From the human T2T-CHM13v2.0 reference genome, Homo sapiens, in the NCBI RefSeq assembly GCF_009914755.1, contig NC_060930.1: a DNA stretch of 64,000 nucleotides; one strand, 5' to 3'. The notes under the pieces were generated by a model that was not told the DNA's origin, ran no database searches, and saw only the letters and a program-made list of their open reading frames with translations. A program made the translations under genes and the position numbers. The number at the start of each line of letters is the position of its first letter. Positions within the stretch are counted from its first letter, which is position 1. Positions 28,042 to 41,409 of the stretch are shown in pieces.

Positions 28042-30254
28042 TTAGTAGAAAAAGAAGTGTATAGAATAGAGTAGATGGTATACAGCATTTGTGTAAGATA
28101 CATAATTGATATGTATGTAACACAGAATATCTCATATTCCTTGTATAAGGATAGACAAACTAGTAATAGTGCTTGCATCTTGAGAGGCAAATTGAGTAAG
28201 TTGGGGACAGGGGTGGGAGGGAGAATTATTTTTCATTGTATGCCAGCCTTTACATTTTGAATGTTGTACCAAGCATTATCTATTCCAAAACACATCATAT
28301 TTTTAAAAATCCTTACAAAAAGACAAAAAGCAAAATAGAAAATATTGTAGCATTTGTTTTCATTGCAATTTACCATACATGCCATCCAAAGATTGTCTAC
28401 TTTTTGGAACATTTGAATACAGTGATAGACAACTGTGATCCTAAAATTACAGTTAATTTATATTCCTTTGCTGGTACTACCCAATCTTGCAGTGCCTTAG
28501 GATCGTCACTGTGGATGTTGATTTTCATTGTACTCAGAATGTGAACATGTTAATTAATAGAAGTATTACTATGATAACAGTTTATTATATGTATTTTTTT
28601 AGAACATCAGGTTTTTTTTGGTTAAGAAATGACTAAAGTTGGATGGTTTATATAACAACGTCATTAATAATTAAAATGGTTTTTTGAGAAATTTTTTGTC
28701 TTTCTCTATGAGAGATAAGTAATTGAGCAAAATACTGTTTATTATTCAGATATATGTGAGTGTACTGACTTTTTAAACCCATATTTTGAGTGGGTTACAG
28801 GTAAGTCATTTCTATAAGTCAAAAGTAAAGCATAACAGGGAAAATAAGGGTCTAGCCAAAGAAACGTTTTTAAAATACATGTATTACATGATACCAATTT
28901 ATAAGTTACAGCTTATTCCAAGAAGCCAGTCTTTTGTTTTTAATCTCTAGAAATATACTAAACATTTAAGTGATGAGAATTGACAATTCTTTGTAGACTT
29001 TCCTTGATGTTTGGATTTTTAGCCCATTCCATGTGTTTTTTAAATTTTCTTTCTTTACAATAAGACAGGTGCATAATTCATGGATAAATTCAAGTGGACA
29101 GTAAGTCAACAAAGTTCTCAGAATATATTTTGCCTGGCAGGACATTTTGGAGTAATTATACATTTGGTACAGAATTTGAAGGTGTGGATGATATTATTAG
29201 CTGTTTGACACAATTTAAGTTACTAGGTGACTTCCAGAATTTTAAATTAAGAATTTTTAAAATAATAGCTTAAGTATATGTTTTCATCACTGCAAAATTT
29301 CAGAATATTATAAGCTATTTCTGTATACTAACTTATTCTTCCAGTACGTATGACAGGAAATCAAATAGACAGTGTGTCTTTACCAAACTGGCTCTGCATT
29401 TTTAGGATTATGATTTTCTAAATTATTTCCCTGCCAGTACTAAGAGAACACTAACCTATTCAAAGGCTACTTTAGTAGGATAAGTAACTTGAGTCTGAGA
29501 CAGAGCTTTCAAAACAGAATGGTATTTGAATAGTGAAGTACATAATGCTTTTAACAAAGGTGAACCAAAGGATGACTGTCGAAAGGGTATCTAGACTTTA
29601 TTGGAGAAATTGTTTTTCCAAAAAAGCCCAAATGCCTGGTGGAGACACTGAATTAAAAAGGCAATATTTGAACTTAGTGTTGATGCACCAAATCAGTTTA
29701 GAGATTGGGGTAGAACTTTTGAATCTGGGATCTCCACATAAAATAAGTGGTGAAAGAGTTATGAAATCAGACAGCTTGAAGATTCAAATAGAAATCTTTT
29801 TAATGAGTCTCCCTTCTTTAGAGGTGAGGAAATTGAGATAAGGAATTTGATTTGCACAACAAACCAGCATTAGGACTTAACGGCTTTTTATCTAAAGCAT
29901 AGTGTTCCCCCACTCACAGGTAGGTAAGGTTGAAAGTGTTGCTACATTGGTGTACCTTTATTCCCTATGATGTCTCCCTTTGACATCTGCCCCCCAAAGT
30001 ACTGTTGAGGAGCTGAGAGAAGGCTTGTGGGCCATAAGTGTTGAAGTTTAGAGAATAGGAGTTAGATCATGTTGTTTTCTAGTCCCTGATAAAAAGTCGA
30101 GTCTTTGACAAGGGCAATGAGAGGCCAAGTCTTGAAGGAATTTTTACAGAAGAGTGACCAATTAGATGTATGTTTTTAAAACATTACTATGGCTTTCACA
30201 TGGAGAGCATGCTGAGGGAGCCCATGGCCACTGACAGATCAGTTAAGAAAATGG

Positions 30255-30574
<320 letters not shown>

Positions 30575-33548
30575 TGAAAATGGGGTTTTAAATTAGAATG
30601 GGGCAGTGGAAATAGAAGTCCCTGGACAAGAGTGAGTTTTAGGTACTTTACCTAACTTTCAGAGATTGGAGCATTAGTCTAGCAGTATTTTTGTAAGCTA
30701 GTTTTTATTTGATGTTGTTTGCTATTATTGCTGTCTGTCATATAAGGTCGTAATCTAATAAAATATCTGAAGGTAAGGAAGCTGGAGAACCTTGGAGTCT
30801 TATATATCTAGTGAATATCAAATGTGAATTTGAGAATGTCACATCAAATTTTGTGTAATAAATACATTGTTCATATTTAACCATTACATAGGTTGATTTT
30901 AGGTACTATGATTGACATTTAAATTTTATAAGTAAAACATGGCAGATTGTATATTTTATGATTTTTTGACAGGTGAGTGAATAAGATGACATTAACAACT
31001 CTTTGTGGCATTTAAAATGTTATCTCATTGATAGAAATCTTGACATCTCTGAGTTTTTATTTTTTTGTGAATTTGCTCAGGGATTAGAATTTGCAGCTCC
31101 TAATTGCAATTTGTATCATCTGCTCAGCCTTCTTTTTGCTTCCGGGCAGCTATCTAGCCCATATTCCTGCCAACTTCAGTGCCTGCACCATCACTTATAA
31201 AATCCCATCTTCCAAACCCCCACATTTTAAAGACTCTGAGATCAGAATATGTGGGCCTGTGATGAGCATATCAGCCATCTTTGATAACATTCATACATGC
31301 AAGTGCATTTTTACTCCACATATTTTTCTTAACTAATTTTTTCTCAAAATTGTACAGGAAGAAAGATTCTTTATGTTTTCAACTCATATTGTTTTTGGTT
31401 TATACCCTCTAAGTGATTGTATAGTTAAAGGGCATTTATAGAGTAAAATTTTATCTATCCATTTATTTATTTACTTGAAATACATTGAGCACTTACATGC
31501 TGCTCCTTGTTTAAATTCGTTAATATAAGACTATTAAGTAATGTATATATGTGGCCTGTTGGTATGCTTTTAAAATTCACAGAGTTATCTCGAGAATGCA
31601 GTACATGCAAATAATGGCAAATGTGATATTGGATTTAGGGTTACATTTATAGATAATATGTTAGAAACCATAATTTTATATTTCTCTTTCCCACTTATAA
31701 TGGGAATTAAGTATGTTCATTTTAGCTTTTCTATAATAAATACCAGCTTAGTCTACCACAGCAAATAAACTTTTTTTAAAAAAGCAGCAACAACAAAATA
31801 CTTCACTGTACTCTTTTCTTGGTTTATTGAGATATTAATAAACTGATAGTTTTGTCTCATCAAATATTCTTTTGTTCTGAAACACTGATGCATTTATTTT
31901 GGCTTCTGAAGTTTTATAAGAACATGTTATTTGGGGAGTATTGATGCCAACTTTATTGAAAACACTTATTTTACTAAGCTAATGACTAAGCTAATTGACT
32001 AAGATGCAGGATTATAGTAACCTGGTTGATTTCACTACATTCTTCCTTACAAAGCAGAAGGTGAAATGGAAATTTTGGAGGAGGTGGAGTGAGATTTGTA
32101 TGTCACAATCTATTTTCACAGGATGCAGTGCCTTCGTTTTCATTATACTTTCAGTATGGTTGACTTCTTAAACTAGTTTGAAGATTTAGAATTTGAAATG
32201 AGAATATATGATTAGAAAATACAGGAGCTGTGCATTTAATTTTTTTCATTTAATAATGATTAAGGTTTTAACACCTTAAAGGTGCACACAACAGTTGATT
32301 CTTCAACTTATCGTACCATTTAACTCCCATTCCTTTCTTTCTGGCCTCTGCTTTTCACCGTGAGGTAGATTCCCTTGCCTCTTGTTTCAAAAATAAGAAA
32401 AAAAAATTAGAAAACAACTTTTGAACTCCTGTGTCCTCTAGCTTTAAACTCATCTATTATGGTGATTATCTACCCCACCGTGCCAGAGAATGAGGCACGA
32501 TGGGGTCTCCAGGGCAGTCTGACTCCTGTGTACTGGATTTATTCCCCTCTATCTCACATGGGACTTTCATCCTCTGTGCTTTCTTTACCAGGTCTTTATT
32601 TAACCCCTTAACATAATGAAGACTTTGAATGCTATAAAACAAAAAGAGAACCCTTCTTCAGCCCTACTGTATCTTCTCTTCTTTTTTCCTCCATCTTTTT
32701 ACAGCCATACTTCTTGGTTAGAATGTTCCATACTTAGGTTTCCTTTTACAACTCTAATATAGTTCTTGGCACCATTCCATTTTTCTTGATAAGGTCAACC
32801 AGAAACTCCAAATTGCTAAATCCAGTTATTTATTTTCTATAGTTATATTGCCTCTGAGTTCTTGATTGTGCTCTATGATGTCGCCAGAGAAAAGGAAAAG
32901 TAAATTTAAATAACCTATAATCCTCCTCCATACTGCTGTCTTATTTTTATAGTATAATAAAATACAGAGGAATGATTGCTTTATACTTTACCACTAAATG
33001 GCTGAACTACATTGTTTTTTGAAAAGAAGTAAAATCTTAATCACTTGAGGTAGGCTAATATATAACATTTAATAAAATCCCTGATATATTAATATAAAAA
33101 TATATACACAAATATATGTATATACATACATATTCACACATACTACAAATATACAACATAATTTTTGAGTAGGGTTATTAGAATTAAGAATTTTTTTAAA
33201 TCATAAAACTTATAACCTTGTCTGATTTTAGCTCTATTTATAAGATATGTTATATAAGACACATAAAAGATCAGAGTATTTTCACATCATGTTCTTACAC
33301 AGACTGCCCATAAACATCAGCTCTAAAAGTTTTTCACAAACATCTTGAGGGTGAATTTAGCTCGATTTTAGATCTAATATCTGTTGTCAGATGATACATT
33401 CAGTTATCTTTAAGCATAGTGTTTTATAGAGTCTCTATTCCACTGGAGTTCAAAATAATAGAAGATAATATGCCATTTATTCATTTAATTTTTAGTTATA
33501 AACATTTTCTAATTTTTAAGTCTCCTTGAGTCGAGGATTGGTCATAAG

Positions 33549-33626
33549 TACCTCTGTTAGGTACTTAGTTAGGCTTCAGGAATATAGTTACCTCTATTAG
33601 GTACCTAGTTAGGCTTCAGAAATAGA
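33549..33626. repeat. 40-bp tandem duplication
   Basis: TACCTCT(G/A)TTAGGTAC(T/C)TAGTTAGGCTTCAG(G/A)AATA x2, starting at 33549 and 33589. Confidence 0.9.
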
Positions 33627-34018
33627 AAAGTTGCATATAAAATTGCTATTGTTGTCAAAAACAGTCAAATATTGGCAGTTTCACTGGCAACAGACAGTTG
33701 GAGTTCAGTCTAGTAACTTTCTTACTGGTTTAGTCATATTCATTTTTATGTTTTATGCAATGATATGAATAGTCTTGTGGGACTAAGTTTTGATAAACTG
33801 AGTATTGTTTCCTTACCTTCTCTGTGGATTTTATTGAAGATACATGTACAGAAATGCAATTTGGCAAAATAAGCATCAAAAGGAAAAGTAAATCTTACTA
33901 CGTGCCAAAAGATTTTTCAAGTACCATTGCAGTGTAAAGCTGTATGTATTGCATTTGGAAAATGCATGGTTCATCTTTGAAAATAGAATGTACAATACAT
34001 GCCTAAAGGGAAGATTTC

Positions 34019-34048
34019 TTTTTTTTTTTTTTTTTTGAGACAGAGTCT
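34019..34048 (-). mobile_element. Alu 3' stub (T18 + GAGACAGAGTCT)
   Basis: Poly-T followed by the last 12 nt of an Alu in reverse orientation, then unique sequence. Confidence 0.7.
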
Positions 34049-35058
34049 GGTGATGGGCTAATTGAAGTGATTGACCAAAGAGATGTTAAAACATGGCTCT
34101 CAAATCAGCATTGATTTGTAGTGTACTTTTTCCCCCTCAGAATAGCAATAAGAGTCTATTGATTTTACTTTTGGCTATTTAATTGTAGTGTAAACACTTA
34201 ATTAAAATGTGTGAAATTTAAAAATAGTTGATAAATATATTCAATATTTTAACAAAACATCAACATAGCTGGAGTAGGTTTCGTCTAGCTTAAAAGATGT
34301 TGTCACTGAGGCCGGGATTTCTTTCTGTTCCTGTATCCTAACACCGTCCATGGTCACCCAGTTTCCCCTCAGAAGGAGACATTGTTATTACTTGTTTTCT
34401 TACCTGGCCCCTGACAACAGATTCACCCAAACACATTATACTCCTTGCTACAGGTGATAATGTTCCTGCTCTGTGATTTTTATGTTAACCTTAATTTAAG
34501 TCTTCCAACAAATGCTGATGAAAAAAAAATACACAAAACTTTGTATTTGCTTTTTTAAAAAATGCTAGAACAGTGAGGTGGTGTTTAAAACAGTTTGAAA
34601 GTACACAGTTCATGGTGTTTATTTGGTAAACTTACAGATTAATTTAATTATGAAAGGGAGAGGTTCTCCCTGAGAAATATTTGGATGGTTTTGATGATGG
34701 AATTAAATAATTTCTCATTCATTCTATTTTATTTCACTCATCAAACTAAAAACAAAGCACCGTTTGATTTGTTTACGCCTCAGGATTAATAACTCTTAGC
34801 AGAGGCATCTTGTTACTTTCTTTGACTTGCCTATGATGCCTTGTAGGTAAGCAAAAATAATGAATTGTTTTAATATCATTTTTCTTCATAAGATAAAAAT
34901 AAAAAACATCATTTAGGAGTTTAAAAAACAAACCATAAATAACCATATACAACCACATTGTTCTTTCTGTTTAACTTTTACTCCCTGTGCTGGTTTGAAA
35001 TGAGGCTGGTATAACAGAATAGAACTTTGGTTTGACAGGGAGTATACAGACTTTAATA

Positions 35059-35110
35059 TTAGGCTGGTGCAAAAGTAATTGCGGTTTTTGCCATTACTTT
35101 CAATGGCAAA
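35059..35110 (+). mobile_element. Truncated MADE1 (Hsmar1-derived MITE)
   Basis: TA + ttaggctggtgcaaaagtaattgcggtttttgccattactttcaatggcaaa. Most of the right TIR is missing. Confidence 0.9.
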
Positions 35111-38100
35111 GTATGTGGTTGAGTATGATATGGCCTTGAAGTATTTCTACATTTGGATTAGTTAAGGTTACAAGTAGTTTGCATGGGTTTAGTGCTTATA
35201 AGCATTGTTAGACAACTGTCGTGATGGTTACATGTTATATAGTTTCCTAATGTCTCCAGACTGCTCCAGATATCTGGGATAATCTGAGAAAAATAATAAT
35301 CTTTCTTATTATTAATGACCAATTCATTTAGCACTTTATAGTAGTGGTTTTTATTTTTTGGTTTTTGTCACTCGCCAACACAAACATCTCTTTTGGAATT
35401 CAGTGGCCACTTTCTGGGTGCTCTAGAGGACCATTGTGAATTAACATGGCCTAAAATCGTATTTTAAGAATATCATGTAATACGTACTGAATCCAGTTTA
35501 AGAAGTTTGACTAAAGCAAACAATCTAAACAATTTAAAATGACTTTGAATCCATCCAAAATCACATGTGTATTTACCTATCAGTATTCTGCAGGTCAATG
35601 AAATTACATATGAGTGAGGTTACTCCATTACAACATAGGTTGTAAAAGCAAAAGATTAGAAGCAAGGCTGGTATCCATCTAAAGGGCACTGGGTGAATAA
35701 ACAACACTGCATCTACACAAAGAAATAATGTACTTCTCCTTAAAAAAAAAAAAAAAAAAAAGAGGGAGGAAGTTGTGTGTGTACTGAAATGGAAACATTT
35801 CCAGGGTATATGTTTTTTAAAGAGCAGATACAGAGCTTATACATTTTATGCTATCTTTTATATAAATGGAAGTGGAGGTAGTGTTTATACAAAAAAACAA
35901 TGGGAGAATTTACAAGAGACAAATGTATTCAGTTACCTAAAGGCTTTAGGGTTGGGAATGGGCTAGAAAAAAATTACATTGACTTGAATCAAGTTCAAGA
36001 GTAGCTTTTATCTCCTGTAATAAAACATTATGATAGTCACAAATATACTTTCCTAATCATGCCATCACTTAAAAATCTTGAAGTTATGTAAAGGTCAATA
36101 ATACATATTTTCTTTGAAAGCATATCTTCAGTCTCCTGTTCCCCATCATCTTTTATTTTGGGGAGGAATAAGTAAAATATTTGCCATTTGTCCCTGTTTT
36201 CTTGTGTTTGCTCTTCACTTTCTGTAGTTTTTTCCTCCTCTGCAACCCATTTCTCTAATTTTCCGGCAAAACTAATGAACTTTGTTTTTGGAGTTAAAAA
36301 AAATTTTTTTTAGGTTGTAGATCTCATTCAACTAGTTGTGTTTCGTTTATTAGTTAGTTTGCTGGTTTAATACTATGTAGGCACTTTGAGGTTGAAAAAA
36401 ATGTGTTCCATTATCTTTGCTTTCACTTAGCTTATTATAGTCTGCCTCATAAGGGATTACTATGCTGTGTATAGTGCAAAGTAAAAAGGAATGCGTCTTA
36501 AGGAAGACATGGGCAAAGTAAGGGAAGAGGAGACCGATTACATGTGCTAATTGCAGATATATGAAAGAAAGCATAAGGAAGTCTTCGTGGAGGCAATGGT
36601 AATTTAGAGTTTCCTTGAAAGATGACTTTGGTCATGTAGAGATAGGGGAGAGAAGTCAGATGGAATGACACTGCAGATATTCTTATTGTACTTTCATAAT
36701 ATTTGCTTTTAAATTTCAGCATATCTTGAATAAGAAGTACACTTAAGAGTAATATCCAAGATATCTATGGATATGAAGAAAGTAGAGATCAGATAGCAAT
36801 AATTTTGTGCTTCACGTCCTCTCCCCAGGCCACCCCACGGCCCCATTACATCACAACTCTTGCCACAACCCCTTTTGTTCTCCTCAGGAGCCCAGCTTGT
36901 GTAAGTAGCCCCTGGTGCATTGACCAGCCACTCACTCCCTGGCAAGAAGGCCTGCTGCATTTTCCTCATCATAGCTTGTTTATTTGGATATTTTTTTCTC
37001 TTTGCCTAAGTGCGTTCACTTCATAGCACTGCCTCCCTTCCACCAAATAGACATGGAGGGGAGGAGACCAGGTCTTGGGCTGCAATTACATGGATTATTT
37101 GGGTATGAGAATATGGAAAACAAAGCAAAACTAACCTTTGGTAATATGTGTATCCCAGATATTTGCCCCTTTTCCCTCTACCTCATGTTTTCATTATTAA
37201 TTTGGTTTAAAAATGAGGATTCCCCCCCATATCTCTTGAGTTAATTACAGTGCTCTGAGTTTCTGTAAAAATGTCAGATTGTGTGGCACCAGTCAGTTGT
37301 CAACGTAACTTGGTTAGTGGAACCCTAGACAAGTAACTGTATGGACTTCCACCTTATTACAGTCTTTGGCCACTGCTATCTTGGAAGCTCAGGCAGTGGG
37401 AAAAGAGCTATGGGGACAGGTTCAAAGAGTTGAAACTATGTTGAAAAAGCTGCCTGCCAAAAATCAGTGAAGTCTTAAAACTAAATAGTTTTTTAAATTA
37501 GAAAAATATTAACATGAATTGTTGAAGAGATTTGAGTCCAATGGGGGATCAAGTGTATGTGAAATTGCATTTTTTAAAGTTGTTCTTTTCCAGTAGACCA
37601 TAACAAAAAATTACATGAAACCACAAGAGAGGGTGTCTCCCTGCCTTCCCCAAATTTGGGCTCATTTTTTAACAAAACAGAATAAAAACAGTTGAACTAA
37701 ATTAGAATGTTGAAATGGTGAGAGTGGGTGGAAAGATGAAAGGCACTTCACTTCAAACAGACTCTAACGGGGAAATCAAAAACTGATAATAAGACCACCC
37801 AGCTGACCTGACTCACCTATTCAGGATCCTTCTGAAAGCCTCTCATCCCTTGTATTGTACGTCTTTTAGGCTAGTAATAATATCATTGAAGTACAGAAAT
37901 AAAATGTCTCAAACGTGTTACAGGAACATCCAGAAAAATGAACAGCATATTTTCCAATTAAATCTTTCAGTACTTCCCTTTCCAGTTTTTTCCTCTGATC
38001 ATTTGACATTTCCACTTCTTAAAAAGAAAAAGCATCACATATTGGCAGCTTCAGCTCTCAAAAAGTCAATTTCTCTGAACTACAAGAACTTTCTAGTTTC

Positions 38101-40810
38101 AATAGCTATTAATATAATGAGTTCAAATTACTACAGTTTTTATTACAAATAAATCTACATTGACAATACTGGTTATCTGTCATTGTTGGGAGATGTTTAG
38201 TATTACAAGTGAGTGTAGATCTGGGAGTAGTTTAGTGTGCTACCTCGATGAAGATACATGGCATTTCAAACAATAGCTTTCTTGTTAGTCCTGTGCATCT
38301 ACATGGATGCTTTCCTCCTTCTGTTTAAATCTCCTACTCAAGCTTCTCTTCAAATCCAGAAAAAAAAAAGTATTGAGTTTATAAATGATTTACTTTTTAT
38401 TTAACCTTTGCTTAGTGAAGACAAGAAGATAAAAACTTAGCAATCTTATGAGACACAGAAGGAAGTATCATTTTCTTTAAATACATTTTATCTCTTCAGA
38501 GAAATTATTTAAATAGTCACAGCCAGTATTTTTGCCCTGTTTTTCATCTAGTCACATTATTGGTTACATAAACCTATTGTCACACGTTTGAATTTCTCCT
38601 ACCTGTATTTGCTGAGAGATTCCCTATATGCTTGTTGTTGGCTGCTCTTTAAAAGTCACTACTTTGTCATCCTGGTGTGTTCTTCTGTCAGAACTTCATG
38701 GATGCTGTCAGTGGTGATCCCAGGAGGGGTAAAAACAGTCCACTACTTCCCGAGCTTTTTGGGGGTTGCTTTTGAACTTTATACTTTTATACAAAGCTCT
38801 GCTGAATCATATGCTGGCTACCGAATGATGGTTTGCCTTCTGATTCATTTCCAGGAGAGAATATCTGTTGTTTTCCAGCAGTCAGTGACTTTTTTGAGAC
38901 GCAGATGGGGATTGGGGAATTTCATTTATTTGATCCCATGTGTAAATGCAAGAATGGAATGACACCTTGGCATGAATGCTTGCATTAGAATAGCTCAAAT
39001 ACAAGTTCTTCAGTAGTTTTAATTAATAAATCTAAATGATATGTACATTTTATTAGGGAAATTACTTCCTGTCTACTTACTAACTAGCAATGTTATGGAA
39101 TTCCACAGAAGGATATCTTCTTATGCCATTGCTCTGGGATCAATGTTTTGTTTTTGGTTTTGGTTTTTTTAAATATACAATTATGTGACTTTTTTTGGTA
39201 GTTTTATGGATTTTTATTCTGCATTACTCCTTTTAAAAATTGATTTCACCGTATGAGGTTTATTCTTATCAAAAACCAGAGAAGCATAACTTTCTTTTTC
39301 CATAAAGAGAAAAAAGACACTTTCAAGTCATTATTTCTGTTTTTTAATTCACATGCTTTATCCTAATTATTTGAGAATTTACACATGTGATTATTCATTT
39401 TCTACCCATTCCTTTGTTCTTTATTGCCTCTGAGTTAAAGTATACCATGCATTATAGAATGTCTTAAATGTTGCAGACTTTTTTCACCATTATATCTGTC
39501 GGGTATTCTGGATGTCATGTGAATAATTTGCAAACTTGCTGAATCTGTATGATGTAGCTATAGCCTGTAATTTTCTTTATGCTCCCTGCAGCACACACAA
39601 CACTGCTGTCATCTTTTTCCCCTTTTCTGTTAAATTCAAGGGATATATGTGCAGGTTTGTTAACGTGGGTATATTGCATAATTGTGAGTTTTGGGTTTCT
39701 AGTGAACCCATTACCCAAATAGTGAACACTGTACCAAGTAAGTAACTTTTCAACATGTGCTTTCCCCCAGCCCCCACCTTTTGGAGTCCCCAATATCTAT
39801 TATTTCCATCTTTATGTCCATGTGTACTTCACTTATATGTGAGAACATGCGATATTTGTTTTTTTGTTTCTGAGTTGTTTCACTTAAGATCATGGCCTCC
39901 AGCTCTATCCATGTTGTTGCAAAGGACACAATTTCATTACTTTTTATGGCCGTGTAGTATTCCACAGTGTATACATACCACATTTTTTTTATTCCAGTCA
40001 ACTTTTGATGGACACTTAGGTCAATTCCATGACTTTGCTATTGTGAATAGTGCTCAATAAACATATAAGTACAGGTATCTTTTTGATAAAATGATTTATT
40101 TTCCTTTATGTATATACATAGTGGTGGGGTTGCTGGATCAAAGGGTAGTTCTACTTTTAGTTATTTGAGAAATGCCCATAATGTTTTCCAAAAGTGTTTA
40201 ACTAATTTACATTTCCACCAACAGTGTATATACATTTCCTTTTCTCCACATCCTCTCCAACATCTGTTATCTATTGGCTTTTTTCATAATAGCTATTCTG
40301 ACTGGTATGAGATGGCATCTCACTGTGGTTTTAATTTGCATTTCTCTGATGATTAGTGATGTTGAGCATTTTCCATATGTTTGTTGGTCACTTGTATGTC
40401 TTATTTTGAGAAGTGTCTGTTCATATCCGTTTGTCTACTTTTTAATGGAATTTTTGTGGTTTTTTTTCTTTTTGATTTGTTTAACTTCTTTACAGATTCT
40501 GGATATTAGTCCTTCTGTCAGATGCATAGTTTGCAAATATTTTCTCTCATTCTGTATATTGTCTATTTGCTGTGTTATTTCTTGTCCTGTGCAGAAAAAC
40601 TCTTTAGTTTAATTAAGTCCCATTTGTCTACTTTTGGTTTTGTTGCATTTGTTGTTGAGGTCTTCGTCATAAATTCTTTGCCTAGGCCAGTGTCCAGAAG
40701 AGTTTCCCCTAGATTTTCTTCTAGTATAATATTTATAGTTTGAGGTCTTACATTGAAGCCTTTAATCTATCTTCAGTTAATTTTTGTATATGGTAAGAAA
40801 TAGGGGTCCA

Positions 40811-41409
40811 CCAGCCATCCCATTACTGGGTATATACCCAAAGGACTATAAATCATGCTGCTATAAAGACACATGCACACGTATGTTTATTGCGGTATTA
40901 TTCACAATAGCAAAGACTTGGAACCAACCCAGATGTCCAACAATGATAGACTGGATTAAGAAAATGTGGCACATATACACCATGGAATACTATGCAGCCA
41001 TAAAAAATGATGAGTTCATGTCCTTTGTAGGGACATGGATGAAATTGGAAATCATCATTCTCAGTAAACTATCGTAAGAACAAAAAACCAAACACCGCAT
41101 GTTCTCACTCATAGGTGGGAATTGAACAATGAGAACACATGGACACAGGAAGGGGAACATCACAATCTGGGGACTGTTGTGGGGTGGGGGGAGGGGGGAG
41201 GGATAGCATTGGGAGATATACCTAATGCTAGATGACGAGTTAGTGGGTACAGTGCACCAGCATGGCACATGTATACATATGTAACTAACCTGCACATTGT
41301 GCACATGTACCCTAAAACTTAAAGTATAATAATAATAAAAAATAATAATAAAGATGCATTGATATAACAATGTAGATAAAAATAAAATTATATAAAGCAG
41401 ATAAAAAAA
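40811..41409 (+). mobile_element. 5'-truncated young L1 (L1PA2/3) with extra 3' sequence
   Basis: Near-consensus ORF2 end and 3'UTR with GAG (not ACA/ACG) at the Ta-diagnostic site (gatgacGAGttag). G-rich tract at ~41169-41202. 16-bp TSD AAGAAATAGGGGTCCA at 40795-40810 and 41410-41425. Confidence 0.95.

Noticed and set aside
28795-28806. Perfect consensus donor CAG|GTAAGT on the + strand
   Set aside because: No convincing polypyrimidine tract for a recursive site and no clearly paired acceptor or reading frame. Expected occasionally by chance.
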